Shown here piece after piece: positions 10,499-20,907 of a stretch of 64,000 bases of DNA. The position numbers and the translations under genes are program-made. This DNA comes from an uncultured Actinomycetota bacterium (GTDB lineage: Bacteria > Actinomycetota > Actinomycetes > Mycobacteriales > CADCTP01). Each line of letters opens with the position of its first letter. The stretch's first letter is position 1. The stretch is from positions 1,776,243-1,840,242 of the forward strand of contig CAVSMA010000002.1 in the NCBI GenBank assembly GCA_963728945.1, read 5' to 3'. The notes under the pieces were generated by a model. It was not told the origin of the DNA, did not search any database, and was given only the letters and a program-made list of their open reading frames with translations.

Positions 10499-11160
10499 GG
10501 TTTCTCCCGGATGGTGAACGAGGACACCACGTTCTCGATCTCGCCGTGGCGGTCCTTGTAGCAAGTGGTCGAGCAGCGGACGAGCAGCAGGTAGACCTTG
10601 CTGGCGTCGTCGTTGAGGTAGCCGGTCTGGTCCATCATCTGCGGCGGCCCGCCGCCAAGGCTGTAGCGGAACACGGTGTGCACGCCGCGGACGCCGTCAC
10701 CGGGGGTGAGCACGTCGTCGGCCAGCAGGCCGAAGCCGGTCAGCTGCGGGTTCGGGTTGTTCTGCCGGGCGGTCGGCGACACCGGGAAGAAGAAGTCACG
10801 CAGCCCGTCCAGGGACAGCCCGCCGCGGGAGGCCTGCGGCACCTGCTGCACGCTGACCAGCACCGCCGGCTCGGGCGCCGACGACCCGAACAGGTGCAGC
10901 GCGGACGGCGTGTCAGCCGCGTCGTACCCCTCCAGCCAGAGCCCGCGCGAGCTCGCGTCCTCGGCCGGGTCGAGGCCGATCGCGTTGTCGAGGTCCTTCT
11001 GGTCGATCGAGTGCCAGCTGGCCGGGATCTTCACGTACATGTGGTCGGCGGAGTTCTTCACGTACGTGTAGCGAGGGGCACCGCAGCCGGCGAGAAGCGC
11101 CGCGGCGAGCAGGACCAGACCGGCGACCGCCGGACCCTCCCGGAACCGCAGCCACCTCAT
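10495..11160 (-). CDS. Putative lipoprotein of unknown function
   Basis: Signal peptide ending LLAGC (lipobox); GGAGG RBS; stop overlaps the FtsH-like start. Confidence 0.75.
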   Translation of the reverse strand: MRWLRFREGPAVAGLVLLAAALLAGCGAPRYTYVKNSADHMYVKIPASWHSIDQKDLDNAIGLDPAEDASSRGLWLEGYDAADTPSALHLFGSSAPEPAVLVSVQQVPQASRGGLSLDGLRDFFFPVSPTARQNNPNPQLTGFGLLADDVLTPGDGVRGVHTVFRYSLGGGPPQMMDQTGYLNDDASKVYLLLVRCSTTCYKDRHGEIENVVSSFTIREKP

Positions 11161-11202
11161 CAGTCCTCCACCTGACGGAGTCGTCAGGTTGAGTGTGCGT
11201 CA

Positions 11203-11228
11203 CAAAGGGTCCTGATGGGCACCCTTTG
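11203..11228 (-). terminator. Hairpin downstream of the aldehyde dehydrogenase
   Basis: CAAAGGGT...ACCCTTTG inverted repeat; second hairpin CCTGACG-GAGT-CGTCAGG at 11171-11188. Confidence 0.4.
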
Positions 11229-11241
11229 GGTCCCCCAGACG

Positions 11242-12734
11242 TTAGGACTGCCCGCGCCGGCGCCTCGGCGCCCGCCCGTAGGCGGCTCGCAGCACGATCC
11301 CCAACACCCGCATCGACCAGGGCTTCCGGTCGAACCGGGTGACGTCGATCGGGGCCCGGAAGCGCGGCCGGCTGATCGCCTTGGCCCGGGCGAACTCGCG
11401 CAGCCCGTCGTCACCGTGGACCCGCCCGAAGCCGGACTCGCCCACCCCGCCGAACGGCAGCGCGCCGACCCCGGCGTAGGACAGCACGGAGTTGACGCTG
11501 GTCATCCCGGACCGGATCCGCCGGGCGATCGCCTCGCCGCCGGAGCGGGCGAACACCGCCGCGCCGAGGCCGTACGCGGACGCGTTCGCCTTCTCGACCG
11601 CCTCGTCCACGTCCGCGACCCTGGTCACGGTCAGCGTCGGGCCGAAAGTCTCCTCCCGGACCGCGGCCGCGTCCTCGGGCACGTCGACCAGCACGGTCGG
11701 GTACGCGTACGGCGGGCGCACCGAGTCGGCACCGCCGACCACCGCGCGGCCGCCACGGGCCAGCGCGTCGGTCACGTGCCGGCGGATCACCTCCAGCTGG
11801 GCCGGCATGGTGGCCGGGCCGTACGCGGCGCCGGGCCGCAGCGTCCGGGCCCGCTCGGCCAGCGCGGCGACGAACTCGTCGTAGACCTCGTCGACCGCGT
11901 AGACCCGCTCGATGCCGATGCAGGTCTGGCCCGCGTTGGCCATCCCGCCCCAGGCCGCCGCGTCCGCCGCGGCCCGCACGTCCGCGTCCGCGGCGACGAT
12001 CATCGCGTCCTTGCCGCCGCACTCGAGCAGCACGGGCGTGAGCGTCTCCGCGCACGCCGCCATGATCTTCTTGGCGGTCGCGGTCGAGCCGGTGAACGCC
12101 AGCTTGTCCACACCGGACCGGCACAACGCCGCGCCGGTCGGCCCGGCGCCGGTGACCAGCGCGAGCACCGGCTGCTCCGGGACCACCGAGGCGAAGCTGT
12201 CGACCAGCCACCGGCCGACCGCCGGGGTGTATTCCGACGGCTTGAACACGACCGCGTTCCCGGCCGCCAGCGCGTACACGATCGAGCCGAGCGGGGTGAA
12301 CACGGGGTAGTTCCACGGGCCGATCACGCCGACCACCCCGTACGGCTGGTATTCCAGGGTCGCGGCCAGGTTGGCGACCAGCAGGCCGGGCCTGACCCGG
12401 CGCGGGCCGAGCACCCGCTCGGCGTTGCGCGGCGCCCAGTGCAGGTGCTCGATCGCGGTCGCCAGCTCGATCACCGCGTCGTCGACCGGCTTGCCGCCCT
12501 CCCGGTGGATCAGCTCGGCGAGCTCGGTGGTCCGGGTGGCAAGCGGCGGCCCGCCAGGCGCGCGAGCCGCTCGGCGCGGCCGGAGAACCCGAGCCCGGCC
12601 CACCACTCCGCCGCCGGGCGGGCCCGCGCGACGGCGGCCCGCACGTCCGCGTCGGAGTGCACCGGGAAGGTGCCGACCGGCTGCCCGGTCGCCGGGTCGA
12701 GCGACTGGAACGTCTGGTTCTGCACCGTGGTCAC
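11242..12734 (-). pseudogene. Aldehyde dehydrogenase, frameshifted near 12540-12560 (real or assembly error)
   Basis: N-terminus (FQSLDPATG) in one frame; PWNYP, KPSE, FTGST, LECGGK, GQTC and ETFGP in another. Confidence 0.85.
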
Positions 12735-14309
12735 GGGGCGGCTCCTGTCAACGCGGGCGTGGCGCCGGCGCGGCCGCGGATCAGGTCGGCGGCGCGCTCG
12801 GCGATCGCGATCGTGGGGGCGTTGGTGTTGCCGCGGGGCACCGTCGGCATCACCGCCGCGTCGGCGACCCGAAGGCCGGCGATGCCGTGCACGCGCAGCT
12901 CGGCGTCGACCACCGGGCCGATCGCGCAGGTGCCGACCGGGTGATACAGGGTCTCGGTACCGGCCCGGGCCGCCGCCACCGGGTCGGCCAGCGCGGCCAC
13001 TCCGTACGGCGCCCGGATCAGCCCCGCCAGCGGGCCGGTCGCGGCGATCCGGTGGGCCAGCTCGATCCCGGCGGTCATGGCCGCCAGGTCGGCCCCGGCC
13101 GCGTCGGTGAAGTAGCCGGCCTCGATCCGGGGCCGCCAGCGCGGGTCGGCCGAACGGAGCGTGAGCCGGCCGCGGCTGCGCCGTCCACCAGCGGGGCGAT
13201 CGTCACATCGGCCACGGCACCTACCGGCCGTGGTAGGCGACGATCACCGGCATCGCCAGCAGCTGCAGGTCGGGGGCCGGCCCCGGGACCGTGCGGACGA
13301 ACCCGCCGACCTCGGCCACGTTGGAAGTCAGCGGGCCGCGGTGGCCGGCCAGCCAGCGCAGCACGTTCGCCGGCGTCTCGGCGTCGCGCAGGTCGGCCAC
13401 CCCGGTGGTGAACCAGTTCAGCGGCACGGTGGGGTGGTCCTGCAGGCCCTCCCCCACCGGCAGGTCGGCGAGCACCTCGATGCCGAGCGCGCGCAGCCGC
13501 GCGGCCGGGCCGATCCCGGACAGCATCAGCAGCTGCGGGCTGCCGATCGCGCCGGCGGCCAGCACCACCTCGCGCCGGGCGGTCGCGCTGGCCGCCTCGC
13601 CGCGCACCGTGTACGCGACCCCGGTGGCCCGGCCGCGCTCCACCAGCACCCCGGCCACCTGGGCGTCGGTGCGCACGGTGAGGTTGGGCCGGCGCAGCGC
13701 CGGGCGCAGGTAGCCGTCGGCCGCCGACCAGCGCCGGCCGCCGCGCTGGGTCACCTGGTAGGCGCCGACGCCGTCCTGGGCCGCACCGTTGAAGTCGGGG
13801 TTGGCCGGCAGCCCGGCCGCCGCCGCGGAGCCGAGGAACGCCTCCGCCAGCGGGTGCCGGCGGCGCAGGTCCTCCACCCGCTGCGGGCCGCCGGTGGCGT
13901 GGAACGGGCCGGCGCCGCGGGCGTTGTCCTCGGCCCGCAGGAAGTACGGCAGCAGGTCGGCCCAGGACCAGCCGGGCACGCCCCAGCCGTCGTAGTCGGC
14001 CGGGTTGCCGCGGATGTAGATCATCGCGTTGATCGACGAGCTGCCGCCCAGGGTCTTGCCGCGTGGCCAGCACAGCTGCCGCCCGGCCAGCTCCGGCTCC
14101 GGCTCGGTGCGCAGGTCCCAGTCCCGCTCGGTGCCGAAGAGCTGGTAGAACGCCGCCGGCAGCCGGACCTCGACCGGGTCGTCGGGCGGCCCGGCCTCCA
14201 ACAGCAGCACGCTGGTGCCCGGGTCCTCGGAGAGCCGGGCGGCCAGCACGCACCCGGCGCTGCCCGCTCCGACGACCACGACGTCGTAGTCCGGGGTCAT
14301 ACCAGTCAT
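12731..14309 (-). pseudogene. GMC oxidoreductase (choline dehydrogenase-like), frameshifted near 13180-13225
   Basis: GAGSAG, RGKTLGGSSSINAM, GSPQLLMLSGIG and LQDH in one frame; C-terminal YHPVGTC and GNTNAPTIAIAERAAD in another. Confidence 0.85.
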
Positions 14310-14325
14310 GTTACCCGTGGGTAAC
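14310..14325. promoter_or_regulatory. Palindromic candidate operator GTTACCC-GT-GGGTAAC
   Basis: Perfect 7-bp inverted repeat abutting the GMC start in a divergent intergenic region. Confidence 0.55.
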
Positions 14326-14404
14326 GGTGCTCGGACATCGTTCGGCCGTACGGACGAGCGGGTAGAACTAGGGACACGACCCCACCGCCCCGAAGGAGGC
14401 CCGG

Positions 14405-15121
14405 ATGACCAGCGACACCGACGCGCAGACGCGCCGGATACCCGGCCGCGGCGCGACCCGGATCGCCGGCGAGATCCGCCGCGGCGTGGTCGGCAGCGTG
14501 GTCGGCGTGGCGGTCGTGCTGCTCGTCGCGCTGCTGGCGCTGTTCGGGCTGGCCCGGCTGACGCACTGGCCGTTCGGCAGCGAGGAGCGCGACCGCAGCG
14601 GTCCGGCGGTGCTCACCGCCATGCGCGACCTGTCCGAATACCACGCGGCGACCGGGCAGTATCAGGTGGTCATCGACATCCAGCAGGACGCCAAGTTCCT
14701 GCCGGACATCATCAAGGGCAAGCGGACGATCTTCCTCGCGATCGGCTCGGTCGACTCGTACGTGGACTTCCGCAAGCTCGGCGACGACGCGGTGTCGGTG
14801 TCGCCGGACCGGAAGTCTGTCACGATCACGCTGCCGCGGGCGCAGCTGTCCAAGCCGAACGTCGACCCCGACCAGAGCCGGGTGCTCAACCAGGACCTGG
14901 GCGTGATCGACCGGCTCGGCAACCTGTTCTCCGACCAGCCCAACCCGCAGAACCAGCAGATGTACCAGGTGGCCGAGCAGCGGCTGGCCGACGCGGCCAG
15001 GCAGGTCGGGCTGCAGAAACGGGCCGAGGACAACACCAGGGCGACACTCGACAAGCTCATGCGCTCGCTCGGGTTCACCACGGTCGACATCACGTTCGTG
15101 AACCCGGCCGCCGGAGGCTGA
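14405..15121 (+). CDS. DUF4230-like membrane-anchored protein
   Basis: One TM segment; GSVDSYVDF and VTITLPRAQLSKPNVD pattern; GAAGGAGG RBS. Confidence 0.75.
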   Translation: MTSDTDAQTRRIPGRGATRIAGEIRRGVVGSVVGVAVVLLVALLALFGLARLTHWPFGSEERDRSGPAVLTAMRDLSEYHAATGQYQVVIDIQQDAKFLPDIIKGKRTIFLAIGSVDSYVDFRKLGDDAVSVSPDRKSVTITLPRAQLSKPNVDPDQSRVLNQDLGVIDRLGNLFSDQPNPQNQQMYQVAEQRLADAARQVGLQKRAEDNTRATLDKLMRSLGFTTVDITFVNPAAGG

Positions 15122-15151
15122 ACCGGTGCGCGCCGGGTAACTTCAGCGACC

Positions 15152-16995
15152 GTGGCGAGCGCGGTGTTCGAGGTCTGCGAACGGTACGTGACGGGACAAG
15201 CGGCCCTCGACCCGGTGTGGGGGACGATGCGCGGGGTCGCCGGCGCCGCCGGGGTGTCCACCGACTACGGGCCCGAGGGCATCCGCGCCCGCGCCGACCT
15301 GGCCCGCGCCACCCTCGCCGAACTCGACGCCCTCTCCCCCGACCGTGAGCAGGCGCCGGGCACCACCGCCGCCGCGGGGGCCGGCGCCGCGGGCGGCTCC
15401 GGCGCCGCCCCGGGCGGCTCCGGCGTCCCGGGCGGGACCATTCCGGGCGGGACCGGCTCCGCGGGCGGGACCGCCGGGGGCGGGACCGGCGCCCCGGGCG
15501 GGACCATCGCGGGCGGGTCCGGCTCCGCGGGCGGGACCGCGGCGGGCGGCTCGCAGGCGGCGCGGGACGAGGCGGCGGCCAGGTTCCTGCGCGGCCGGCT
15601 GCGGGCCGAGCTCGCCGCGGTCGAGATCGGCGAACCGCTGCGTGCCCTGCGCGCACCGTTCGGCCTGCTCGGCACCGTCCGGGACAGCATCGACCTGATG
15701 CCGAAGGGCAGCGCCGACGACTGGGCCGCGGTCGCCGCCCGGCTGGCCGCGGTCCCGGAGATGCTGGCGTCCTGGCGGGACGCGCTCACCCTCGGCCTCG
15801 ACCGCCGCCTGCCCACCGCCCGCCGGCAGGCGTCGAGGCCGCCCGCCAGGCCGACCGGTACACCGAGGGCGCCACCCACGCCCCGGTCGTCACCGCCTAC
15901 GGGACGGCCCGCTCGCCCCGGCCCTGGCCGCCGGCGCCTGGACGCGCACGCCGCGTACGCGGACATGGCCGACTGGCTGCGCCGGGTGTACGCGCCGCAG
16001 GGCCGCGGAGGCCGACGGCGTCGGTCCGGAGCGGCACGAGGTCGCCCGCCGGCTCGTGCTCGGCGCCGACCTCGACCCGGTCGAGTCGTACGAGTGGGCC
16101 TGGGCCGAGCTGCACCGGATCGAGGACGAGCTGGCCGCCGAGGCCGAGCGGGTCGCTCCGGGCGCCGGCATCGAGGCGGCCACCGCGCTGCTGGACGAGA
16201 CCGACGTGGTCGACGGCGCCGAGGCGTACCGGGCCTGGCTGCAGGCGCAGCACGACGCGGCGATCGAGCGGCTCGACGGCGTGCACTTCGACATCGCGCC
16301 GCAGCTGCGCACGGTCGACGCGACGCTCGCGGTCGGCTCCAGCTCGGGCTCGGCGTACTACACCCGCCGGACGAGGCGTTCACCCGGCCCGGCCGGACCT
16401 GGTGGCCGCTCGGCGACCGGGACCGGTTCGCGGTCTGGGCCGAGCAGACCACGGTCTTCCACGAGGGCGTGCCCGGCCATCACCTGCAGCTCGGCCAGGC
16501 CAGGGTGATGGGCGAGGCGCTGTCCCGGCACCAGCGGCTCGGCGGCGTGCCCGGCCACTCCGAGGGCTGGGCGCTGTACGCGGAGCGGCTGGCCGACGAG
16601 CTCGGCTGGTTCGACACGCCCGGCCGCCGGCTGGGCATGCTCAAGGGCTCGGCGCTGCGGGCGGCCCGGGTGGTCATCGACATCGGCCTGCACCTGGACC
16701 TGCCGCTGCCGCCGGCCGAGGCGGACCGGCACGGCCCGCGGTGGACGTTCGAGGTGGCGACCGAGGTGCTGCGCGACCGGGGCCGGATCGCCGCGCACCG
16801 GCTGCACCCCGAGGTGGTGCGCTACTGCGGCTGGCCCGCCCAGGCCACCGCGTACAAGCTCGGCGAGCGCGCCTGGCTGGCCGCCCGGGACGAGGCGCGC
16901 ACCCGGCTCGGGGCCGGGTTCGACCTCAAGCGCTGGCACACCGCCGCCTCGGCTCGGCCGGAGCTCGGCGAGGCGCGTTGCGGACCGCCTCCTGA
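15152..16995 (+). pseudogene. DUF885 family protein with Gly-rich insertion and several frameshifts
   Basis: FHEGVPGHHLQ, SEGWALYAE, RAARVVIDIGLH, QATAYKLGER and FDLKRWH; middle part lies in another frame (16056-16370); 3' end uncertain. Confidence 0.8.
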
Positions 16996-17004
16996 CGCCC
17001 GGGC

Positions 17005-17664
17005 TCAGAACAGCCGGCTGCTCGGGTCGTCCACGCCGCGCAGGGCGTCGTAGTCGAGCGTGACGCAGGCGATCCCGCGGTCGGCGGCGAGCACCCTGGC
17101 CTGCGGCGTGATCGCCTGCGCCGCGAAGATCCCGCGCACCGGCGCCAGCACCGGGTCCCGGTTGAGCAGCTCGAGGTAGCGGGTGAGCTGCTCGACCCCG
17201 TCGATCTCGCCGCGGCGCTTGATCTCGACCGCGACCGCCCCGCCGGCGGCGTCCCGGCAGAGGATGTCGACCGGTCCGATCGCGGTCGGGTGCTCCCGGC
17301 GCACCAGCCGGTAGCCGGCGCCGAGCGTCTGGATCTGCTCGGCCAGCAGCCGCTGCAGCTCGGCCTCCACGCCGTCCTTGACCAGGCCCGGGTCGGCGCC
17401 CAGCTCGTGCGAGGAGTCGTGCAGCACCTCGTCCAGCATGATGATCAGCTTCTCGCCGGCCTTGTTGGTGACCGTCCACTGGTCACCGTCGTCGCGGAGG
17501 CTGCACGGCGGACTCATCCAGTTCAACGGCTTGTACGCCCGGTCGTCGGCGTGCACCGACACCGACCCGTCGGCCTTGACCAGCAGCAGTCGCGGCGCCA
17601 TCGGCAGGTGCGCGGTCAACCGCCCGACGTAGTCCACGCTGCACCGTGCGACGACCAACCTCAC
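17005..17664 (-). CDS. nucS: Mismatch-specific endonuclease NucS/EndoMS
   Basis: [35 protein letters not shown] and [18 protein letters not shown]. Confidence 0.96.
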   Translation of the reverse strand: MRLVVARCSVDYVGRLTAHLPMAPRLLLVKADGSVSVHADDRAYKPLNWMSPPCSLRDDGDQWTVTNKAGEKLIIMLDEVLHDSSHELGADPGLVKDGVEAELQRLLAEQIQTLGAGYRLVRREHPTAIGPVDILCRDAAGGAVAVEIKRRGEIDGVEQLTRYLELLNRDPVLAPVRGIFAAQAITPQARVLAADRGIACVTLDYDALRGVDDPSSRLF

Positions 17665-17764
17665 GGCCGGACACGCTACACAGCGATGGCGTGGATCCCG
17701 AGCTGTTGCCATCAACGCCATCGCGCCCGGTGCTCGAAGCACCGCCGCAACCGCGCGCCGGTGT

Positions 17765-17877
17765 GCGTCAGCCGGGGGCGTCAGGCCCGGGCGTCAGGCC
17801 GGGGGCGTCAGGCCGGGGGCGTCAGCCGGCCGGGGGCGTCAGGCCGGGGGCGTCAGGCCGGGGGCGTCAGGCCGGGG
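17765..17877. repeat. Tandem repeat of ~14 bp (GCGTCAGGCCGGGG), about 8 copies
   Basis: GCGTCA recurs at 17765, 17778, 17791, 17805, 17819, 17836, 17850 and 17864; the unit is the STAS gene's last codons plus stop. Confidence 0.9.
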
Positions 17878-18193
17878 TGAGGCGCGGCGGTGGCTCGACG
17901 GTGATCACGCGGTCGAGGCGGGCGAGCCGCAGCAGCCGGGCCACCCGGGTCGGGGCGTCGCGCAGGACCAGCTCGCGGCCGGTCAGCCGGGCCCGCCGGT
18001 GCGCGCCGGCCAGCACGCCGAGACCGGTCGCGTCGAGCAGCTCGATGCCGCTCAGGTCGACCACGAGCCGGCCCGAGCCGGCGGCGAGCACGGCGTGCAA
18101 GGTGTCCCGGACCTCGCCGGCCGAACGGCCGTCGAGCCGGCCGCTGAGCAGGACAGTGTCCCCGACGCCCGTCCGCTGAACGGTCACGTGCAT
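17867..18193 (-). CDS. STAS domain protein (anti-sigma factor antagonist-like)
   Basis: LSGRLD, LVVDLSGIELLDATGLGVL; GGAGGAG RBS. Confidence 0.85.
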   Translation of the reverse strand: MHVTVQRTGVGDTVLLSGRLDGRSAGEVRDTLHAVLAAGSGRLVVDLSGIELLDATGLGVLAGAHRRARLTGRELVLRDAPTRVARLLRLARLDRVITVEPPPRLTPA

Positions 18194-18369
18194 GGCGTCT
18201 CCTCCCCCGACAGTGCGCCGCCGTACAGGAGACCTCGTGCGCGGCGCCGGAGATGTCCATCCGGCGAAACCGTCACCAGATCGTCACCTACCGTGGCCTG
18301 CTCCGCGGCGGCCGAACCGAGCACCGGTCGCCGTACGGTGCGAGACTGGACGGCGTGCCCGTCGACGGC

Positions 18370-18708
18370 GTGAACAGCACGCACTTCGCGGTCGGCCCGG
18401 TGGTGGCGATCGTGGTCGTCGCCGCGCTCGCGATGCTGAGCAAGTGGATCTTCGGCTCCGGCCGGCACCGCACCGCGAGTCGCTCGGTGGTGCCGCCCGG
18501 GGTGCAGGTCGACACCGGCCTGCTGCGCCCGGTCGCCGACCTGCCGGACCGGCCGGCCGCCGCCGCGCTGCGGGCGGTGCTGTCCGACGCCGGGATCCGC
18601 TCCACCATCGGCATCCGCCGGGACGGCCGGGTGCAGGTGCTGGTCTTCCCGGACGACGAGGAGCGGGCCCGCAAGCTGGTCCCGCCCGGTCCGGTGGCCC
18701 CTGGCTAG
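18370..18708 (+). CDS. Hypothetical single-TM membrane protein (start uncertain)
   Basis: Hydrophobic VVAIVVVAALAML followed by LSDAGIRST and VLVFPDDEERARKL; GC3-rich frame. Confidence 0.6.
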   Translation: MNSTHFAVGPVVAIVVVAALAMLSKWIFGSGRHRTASRSVVPPGVQVDTGLLRPVADLPDRPAAAALRAVLSDAGIRSTIGIRRDGRVQVLVFPDDEERARKLVPPGPVAPG

Positions 18709-18735
18709 TGCCCCGCGGGACACTAGTCTCGGGCC

Positions 18736-19338
18736 ATGGCCGTCCACCTGACCCGCATCTACACCCGCACCGGCGACGCCGGCACGACCGCGCTCGGCGA
18801 CACGAGCCGGGTGCGCAAGACCGACCCGCGGCTGGTGGCATACGCGGACGTCGACGAGGCGAACTCCGCCATCGGGGTGGCGCTCGCGCTCGGCCGGCTC
18901 GACCCGCCGATCGCCGAGGTGCTCCGCTCGGTGCAGAACGACCTGTTCGACGTCGGCGCCGACCTGTGCGTGCCGGTCGCCGACAACCCCGGCTCGGGGT
19001 CTGGGGTGTCCCCAGAAGACCTGGGTGCGCCGCTGCGGGTGACCGACGCGCAGGTCGAGCGGCTGGAGCGGGCGTGTGACGAGTTCAACGAGGGCCTGCG
19101 CAAGCTGGACAGCTTCCTGCTGCCCGGCGGGACCCCCGGCGCCGCCCTGCTGCACCAGGCCCGGACCGTCGTCCGCCGAGCGGAGCGCAGCGCCTGGGCA
19201 CTGCTCGAAGCCGACCCGGACCGGACCGCGCCGGTGCCGGCGCGCTACCTCAACCGGCTCTCGGACCTGCTGTTCATCCTGGCCCGGGCGGCCAACCCGG
19301 ACGGCGACGTGCTGTGGACGCCGGGCGCGAACCGGTAG
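18736..19338 (+). CDS. PduO-type cob(I)alamin adenosyltransferase
   Basis: IYTRTGDAG, DEANS, FLLPGG, RTVVRRAER and YLNRLSDLLF. Confidence 0.95.
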   Translation: MAVHLTRIYTRTGDAGTTALGDTSRVRKTDPRLVAYADVDEANSAIGVALALGRLDPPIAEVLRSVQNDLFDVGADLCVPVADNPGSGSGVSPEDLGAPLRVTDAQVERLERACDEFNEGLRKLDSFLLPGGTPGAALLHQARTVVRRAERSAWALLEADPDRTAPVPARYLNRLSDLLFILARAANPDGDVLWTPGANR

Positions 19339-19785
19339 CTAACTCGCGGCGTAGCCGGGAACCGTGAATCCCGGGGGCGCCGACTCCAGCCAGGACAGGA
19401 AACCCGTCACCGCGCCGGCGCTCATGGCGACCTGCACCGGACCGGCGTCGTTCTGGCACTCCACGATCACCGCACCCGCCTGCACCGCCCAGGACTCCGC
19501 ACCGGACGGCTGCCGCCGGCCGATCACCTGCAGCTCGCGGCGGGACAGTGTCCGGGCCGGCTTCACGGTCAGCGCGAACAGCCGGTACCACTGGAGGTCC
19601 TCGCCGGTGTAGCGGCCGACGCCGAGCGCCCAGCCACCGCCGATCCGGCCGAACCGGGTGCGCAGGCTCATGTCGATCGACCCGGCCGGGCGCAGCAGCA
19701 CCCGCCTGCGCAGCGCCAGGACCACCAGCACGAGGCCGACGGCGGCCACCGCGACGGCGATGGCCACGACGACCTCCACCGCCAT
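19339..19785 (-). CDS. DUF2550 family membrane protein
   Basis: N-terminal TM; GWALGVGRY, LQWYRLF and GFLSWLESAPPG; usual neighbour downstream of atpC. Confidence 0.85.
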   Translation of the reverse strand: MAVEVVVAIAVAVAAVGLVLVVLALRRRVLLRPAGSIDMSLRTRFGRIGGGWALGVGRYTGEDLQWYRLFALTVKPARTLSRRELQVIGRRQPSGAESWAVQAGAVIVECQNDAGPVQVAMSAGAVTGFLSWLESAPPGFTVPGYAAS

Positions 19786-19790
19786 GGCGG

Positions 19791-20183
19791 CTACACGGTC
19801 TGGCCGGCGGCGCGGAGTCGGGACATCGCCCGGCCCGCCGCGGCCGCGGCCTCGTCGTCGTCCTCGCCGGCTGACCGGGCCCGCTCCAGCGCCTGCTGGG
19901 CCCGGGCGACGTCGATCTCGTCGGACCGCTCGGCCAGCTCGGCGAGCACGGAGACGCCCTCCTCGGTGACCGACAGGAACCCGCCGTGCACCGCGAAGAC
20001 CAGCTCCTCGCCGGCCTCCTCCTGGATACGGACGATCCCGCCCGTGGCGAGCTCGCCGAGCAGCGGCGCGTGGCCGGGCAGCACGCCGAGCTCGCCCTCC
20101 GTGGTGCGGGCGATGACCATCGTGGCGTCGCCGGACCACAGCAGGCGCTCGACGGACACGAGCTCGACGTGCACGGTTGCCAC
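19791..20183 (-). CDS. atpC: ATP synthase epsilon subunit
   Basis: [24 protein letters not shown] and GGFLSV. Confidence 0.96.
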   Translation of the reverse strand: MATVHVELVSVERLLWSGDATMVIARTTEGELGVLPGHAPLLGELATGGIVRIQEEAGEELVFAVHGGFLSVTEEGVSVLAELAERSDEIDVARAQQALERARSAGEDDDEAAAAAGRAMSRLRAAGQTV

Positions 20184-20217
20184 GCGGGATCTCCTTCGCC
20201 GGCCGGAGGTCCCCTGA

Positions 20218-20223
20218 AGTCTA
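20218..20223 (-). promoter_or_regulatory. Candidate -10 (TAGACT) upstream of the detached atpC
   Basis: TANNNT hexamer ~35 nt upstream of the atpC start, followed by an AAGGAG RBS. Confidence 0.4.
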
Positions 20224-20325
20224 GCGAGGCCGGTTCGGCCGTCCGGAACCGGACTCCGCAGGTCGGCGCCGGTGCCGGAACCGGGCCGCGCCGGGCCGCC
20301 GAGCTCCGACGCGTACCGTGATCGC

Positions 20326-20907
20326 GTGTCTCACCGACCGTACGTGCTGCTGAGCGCGGCGGTCTCGCTGGACGGCACACTCGACGACCGGTCGCCGCGC
20401 CGGTTGATCCTGTCCGGGCCGGAGGATCTCGACGCCGTAGACGAGTTGCGAGCCGGCTGCGACGCGATCCTCGTCGGCGCCGGCACGGTCCGCGCCGACG
20501 ACCCGCGGCTGCTGGTCCGGTCCGGCCGCCGGCGCGCGGACCGGGTCTCCCGCGGGTTGCCGCCGTCACCCGTCCGGGTGGTGCTGACCCGCAGCCGCGA
20601 GCTCGACCCCGGTGCGGCGGTGTTCGCCGGCGGGCCGGCGCCGCTGCTGCTCGGCGGCGACCTGCCCGACGTGCTCGCCGGACTCGCGGACCGGGGCGTG
20701 CGCCGGCTGCTGGTGGAGGGCGGCGCCGGCGTCCTCACCGCGCTGCTGTCCGCCGGCCTGGCCGACGAGCTGCGGCTGGCGGTCGCCCCGGTCTTCGTCG
20801 GCGATCCCGCCGCCCCCCGCCTGCTCGGCCCACCCGCCACCGGTCGACGGCGGCTGCTCGGGGCGGAGGCGGTCGGCGACACGGCGGTGCTGCGCTATGC
20901 GCTCTGA
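20326..20907 (+). CDS. RibD C-terminal (reductase/DHFR-fold) domain protein
   Basis: [31 protein letters not shown] and LLVEGG. Confidence 0.88.
   Translation: MSHRPYVLLSAAVSLDGTLDDRSPRRLILSGPEDLDAVDELRAGCDAILVGAGTVRADDPRLLVRSGRRRADRVSRGLPPSPVRVVLTRSRELDPGAAVFAGGPAPLLLGGDLPDVLAGLADRGVRRLLVEGGAGVLTALLSAGLADELRLAVAPVFVGDPAAPRLLGPPATGRRRLLGAEAVGDTAVLRYAL

Noticed and set aside
17867-18193. STAS protein with DATGLG instead of the phospho-Ser DSTGLG
   Set aside because: As far as I recall this variant is common for the STAS gene beside nucS in actinomycetes, so it is not distinctive.
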